Below, piece after piece: positions 60,225 through 64,000 of a DNA stretch of 64,000 nucleotides (within the stretch, counting starts at the first letter, position 1; each line of letters begins with the position of its first letter). A program made the translations under genes and the position numbers. Under the pieces are notes generated by a model. That model worked only from the letters and a program-made list of their open reading frames with translations. It ran no database searches and had not been told where the DNA came from. Origin of the DNA: Macrostomum hystrix (lineage: Eukaryota > Animalia > Platyhelminthes); the NCBI GenBank assembly GCA_950097015.1, contig CATNEN010000038.1, positions 22,010,001-22,074,000 on the forward strand, in the 5' to 3' direction.

Positions 60225-60879
60225 GCAGTCAAAAGTGCAACAGTCTAAAAGTCTGGCAGTCAAAAGTGCAACAGTCTAAAAGTCTGGCAGCCAAAAGTGC
60301 AACAGTCTAAAAGTCTGGCAGTCAAAAGTGCAACAGTCTAAAAGTCTGGCAGCCAAAAGTGCAACAGTCTAAAGTCTGGCAGCCAAAAGTGCAACAGTCT
60401 TAAGTCTGGCAGCCAAAAGTGCAACAGTCTAAAAGTCTGGCAGCCAAAAGTGCAACAGTCTTAAGTCTGGCAGCCAAAAGTGCAACAGTCTAAAGTCTGG
60501 CAGCCAAAAGTGCAACAGTCTTAAGTCTGGCAGCCAAAAGTGCAACAGTCTAAAAGTCTGGCAGCCAAAAGTGCAACAGTCTAAAGTCTGGCAGCCAAAA
60601 GTGCAACAGTCTAAAGTCTGGCAGCCAAAAGTGCAACAGTCTTAAGTCTGGCAGCCAAAAGTGCAACAGTCTAAAAGTCTGGCAGCCAAAAGTGCAACAG
60701 TCTAAAGTCTGGCAGCCAAAAGTGCAACAGTCTAAAGTCTGGCAGCCAAAAGTGCAACAGTCTTAAGTCTGGCAGCCAAAAGTGCAACAGTCTAAAAGTC
60801 TGGCAGCCAAAAGTGCAACAGTCTAAAGTCTGGCAGCCAAAAGTGCAACAGTCTAAAGTCTGGCAGCCAAAAGTGCAAC
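60225..60879. repeat. 30/31-bp minisatellite (CAAAAGTGCAACAGTCTAAAGTCTGGCAGC)
   Basis: About 21 copies. Confidence 0.97.
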
Positions 60880-61149
60880 TGATGGGTTTTCTGATCTTTA
60901 AAGCACAATAAGCGTTGACCAATTGCATTCCGATTGTATATATTTTAGTTATAAGCTTTTATTTGAATTCATGTATCATTGAATTCTTAATTGAATTATC
61001 GGATAGAGAGCACACGTATACGAGTTTCAATTAAGTTTTGCCACGTTGGAAAGTTTAATTAGATTAAAGTTTAGAATAGTTTATAATAGAATAGTTAAGA
61101 ATTTTCGAATTTTTCGACATATTGTACGTCGAATAGTCAGTAGATGTGT

Positions 61150-61492
61150 TTTGGCACATCGGAGAGTTTAATTGGTACACTGTACTAACTTTGGCACATC
61201 GGAGAGTTTAATTGGTACACTGTACTAACTTTGGCACATCGGAGAGTTTAATTGGTACACTGTACTAACTTTGGCACATATCGGAGAGTTTAATTGGTAC
61301 ACTGTACTAACTTTGGCACATCGGAGAGTTTAATTGGTACACTGTACTAACTTTGGCACATCGGAGAGTTTAATTGGTACACTGTACTAACTTTGGCACA
61401 TCGGAGAGTTTAATTGGTACACTGTACTAACTTTGGCACATCGGAGAGTTTAATTGGTACACTGTACTAACTTTGGCACATCGGAGAGTTTA
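61150..61492. repeat. 40-bp minisatellite (TTGGCACATCGGAGAGTTTAATTGGTACACTGTACTAACT)
   Basis: About 8.5 near-identical copies. Confidence 0.96.
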
Positions 61493-61503
61493 CGCATATG
61501 AAA

Positions 61504-62172
61504 GTTGGTAAGCAAGTTTTGGCACATTGGTTAGATTCGGCACATGAACACACTACGCGGATAAGCAAGTTTTGGCACATTGGTACAAGCTTAGGCACAT
61601 GTACACACTATATGTTGGTAAGCAAGTTTTGGCACATTGGTACAAGCTTAGGCACATTTACACACTACGTTGGTAAGCAAGTTTTGGCACATTGGTACAA
61701 GCTTAGCCACATGTACACAACTATGTTGGTAAGCAAGTTTTGGCACATTGGTACAAGCTTAGGCACATGTACACACTATATGTTGGTAAGCAAGTTTTGG
61801 CACATTGGTACAAGCTTAGGCACATTTACACACTACGTAGGTAAGCAAGTTTTGGCACATTGGTACAAGCTTAGCCACATGTACACACTACGTTGGTAAG
61901 CAAGTTTTGGCACATTGGTACAAGCTTAGGCACATGTACACAACTATGTTGGTAAGCAAGTTTTGGCACATTGGTACAAGCTTAGGCACATGTACACACT
62001 ACGTTGGTAAGCAAGTTTTGGCACATTGGTACAAGCTTAGCCACATGTACACACTACGTAGGTAAGCAAGTTTTGGCACATTGGTACAAGCTTAGGCACA
62101 TGTACACACTATGTTGGTAAGCAAGTTTTGGCACATTGGTACAAGCTTAGGCACATTTACACACGATATGTG
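61504..62172. repeat. ~55-57-bp minisatellite (TTGGTAAGCAAGTTTTGGCACATTGGTACAAGCTTAGGCACATGTACACACTA[C/T]G)
   Basis: About 12 copies. Confidence 0.96.
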
Positions 62173-63317
62173 GGTATAAGCACATTTAGGCTCATTGGTG
62201 GGACTAAATTGTTAATTAGCATGAGTGAGATGTGACAACTTTTTACTATAAGTTTTATGAATTTAATAAGCTGAAGTATACAGGTAAGGCAATAACATGT
62301 AACATATACCACATATTGGTGTTTATTCTTACTTTAGGACACAAAAATGGAATGTATAGCGCTGTTGATAATAACAATTGTATATACAGTATGGCAAGCA
62401 GTAAAGCAGCTCAAACATTCGCCTAATGTCAAGCTAATGTCACGTGTACATAATGACGGCGATTAGTTTCGGCAGACCTGATGTACACGTAGAGATACCG
62501 TGCCGATCGCCTTCGCGATGTCCAACGAGATTACATGACTAGACTGTTGAAAGGAAGGATGCAGCTCTAGGGTGCACCAAATATCTAAACTAGTTATTAG
62601 GTTTTCTATGTCAGTATAATATAATACGAGCAAGTGCTTCACCCCCTCATTTGGTAGGTAATTTTCTGCATTTTATATCCGAATGGAAATAGAGACAGAT
62701 GCTAAACTTGTGTAGGCGCTTTGAGAGGCCATGCATTAGCGGAGGGTATTGTATTCTATTGAATTTTGGCAGGCTCTGTACAATTAGCAATCGAGGCACG
62801 AGACAGCGGCCAACCGTGCGACAACACGTGCTCGGCAGTGCAGGTTAACAATGGCTGCAGGGTCAAAAAGCTCGTTTATGCTAGACCCTGAGCAATTCCA
62901 ATTATTGCTCACAATTGAATATCACGCAAGATGCGACTCGTTATTTATTAAGTGAATCGTGAGTGGCACACAATTTAGTCTGCACGACAGAACACGCAGG
63001 TTACAGTACTCAAAATCTCGTTGCTTCTCACTGTTTTGCTTCTCGCGTTCTCGCGTGTCGTCCGCTGCACGTGTCAAAAGTTTTCAACAAATTTCATCGC
63101 CAGTGAAGAATAATAGCCAGACTAATGGCTGCAGTTCTGGAGAGATAGGCTGTGCGTTGAGTCATTGACAATATAGTTTCTTTTGCTATTCTAAAATACG
63201 TAAACAACATTTTATGATCACCCTCGAACTTTCCTGGCCTTGTAAGTATGCCAGGAATTTTACTCGACAATACATTACAATGAAGTCCAGATTTATGATG
63301 CAACGGGGATTTCTCGT

Positions 63318-64000
63318 TGGGGAAAGCTCGGCGGGGAAAGCTCGGCGGCGAAAGCTCGGCGGGGAAAGCTCGGTGGGGAAAGTTCGGAGGGGAAAGTTTG
63401 GCGGGGAAAGCTTGGCGGGGAAAGTTTGGTGGGGAAAGCTCGGTGGGGAAAGTTTGGTGGGGAAAGCTCGGTGGGGAAAGTTTGGTGGGGAAAGTTTGGT
63501 GTGGAAAGTTCGGAGGGGAAAGTTTGGCGGGGAAAGCTTGGCGGGGAAAGTTTGGTGGGGAAAGCTCGGTGGAGAAAGTTTGGTGGGGAAAGCTCGGTGG
63601 GGAAAGCTCGGTGGGGAAAGTTTGGTGGGGAAAGCTCGGTGGGGAAAGTTTGGTGGGGAAAGCTCGGTGGGGAAAGTTTGGTGGGGAAAGCTTGGCGGGG
63701 AAAGCTTGGCGGGGAAAGCTCGGCGGGGAAAGCTCGGCGGGGAAAGCTCGGCGGGGAAAGCTTGGTGGGGAAAGTTTGGTGGGGAAAGTTTGGCGGGGAA
63801 AGTTTGGCGGGGAAAGCTCGGTGGGGAAAGTTTGGCGGGGAAAGCTCGACGGGGAAAGCTCGGTGGGGAAAGTTTGGTGGGGAAAGCTCGGCGGGGAAAG
63901 TTTGGCGGGGAAAGCTCGGTGGGGAAAGTTTGGTGGGGAAAGCTTGGTGGGGAAAGTTTGGTGGGGAAAGTTTGGCGGGGAAAGTTTGGCGGGGAAAGCT
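63318..64000. repeat. 14-bp G-rich minisatellite (GGGGAAAG[C/T]T[C/T]GG[C/T]), runs off the window end
   Basis: About 48 copies, with a G4 run in almost every unit. Confidence 0.97.

Overview
Eukaryotic (metazoan) genomic DNA with GT-AG spliceosomal introns. The overall style (repeat-filled introns, CTA-rich codon use, poly-Q/poly-A tracts) tentatively suggests a free-living flatworm such as Macrostomum; this is an inference only. Five multi-exon genes were assembled by hand with phase-consistent splice sites: an IRF-family transcription factor (+, 217-3084), cohesin subunit STAG/Scc3 (+, ~8400-13881), TFIIIC subunit GTF3C4 (+, 25351-31043), inositol polyphosphate 4-phosphatase INPP4 (+, 32225-42619) and nucleoporin NUP188 (-, ~56756-43056). 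The most striking feature is that 19 of the 32 coding-region introns of the four housekeeping genes are each filled by their own private minisatellite. Many units share a GGAT/ATCC core and have lengths near 20/21, 30/31 or 40 bp. The arrays often abut the 5' splice site but spare the branch-point zone. A 9-kb 20-bp satellite with higher-order structure lies between an RFX X-box cluster and GTF3C4. Mobile DNA includes a non-autonomous Helitron with a nested hAT MITE, a CMC/EnSpm-like MITE, an internally deleted Tc1/mariner element and a tRNA-derived SINE family. Most long ORFs in the ORF track are artefacts of the tandem repeats.
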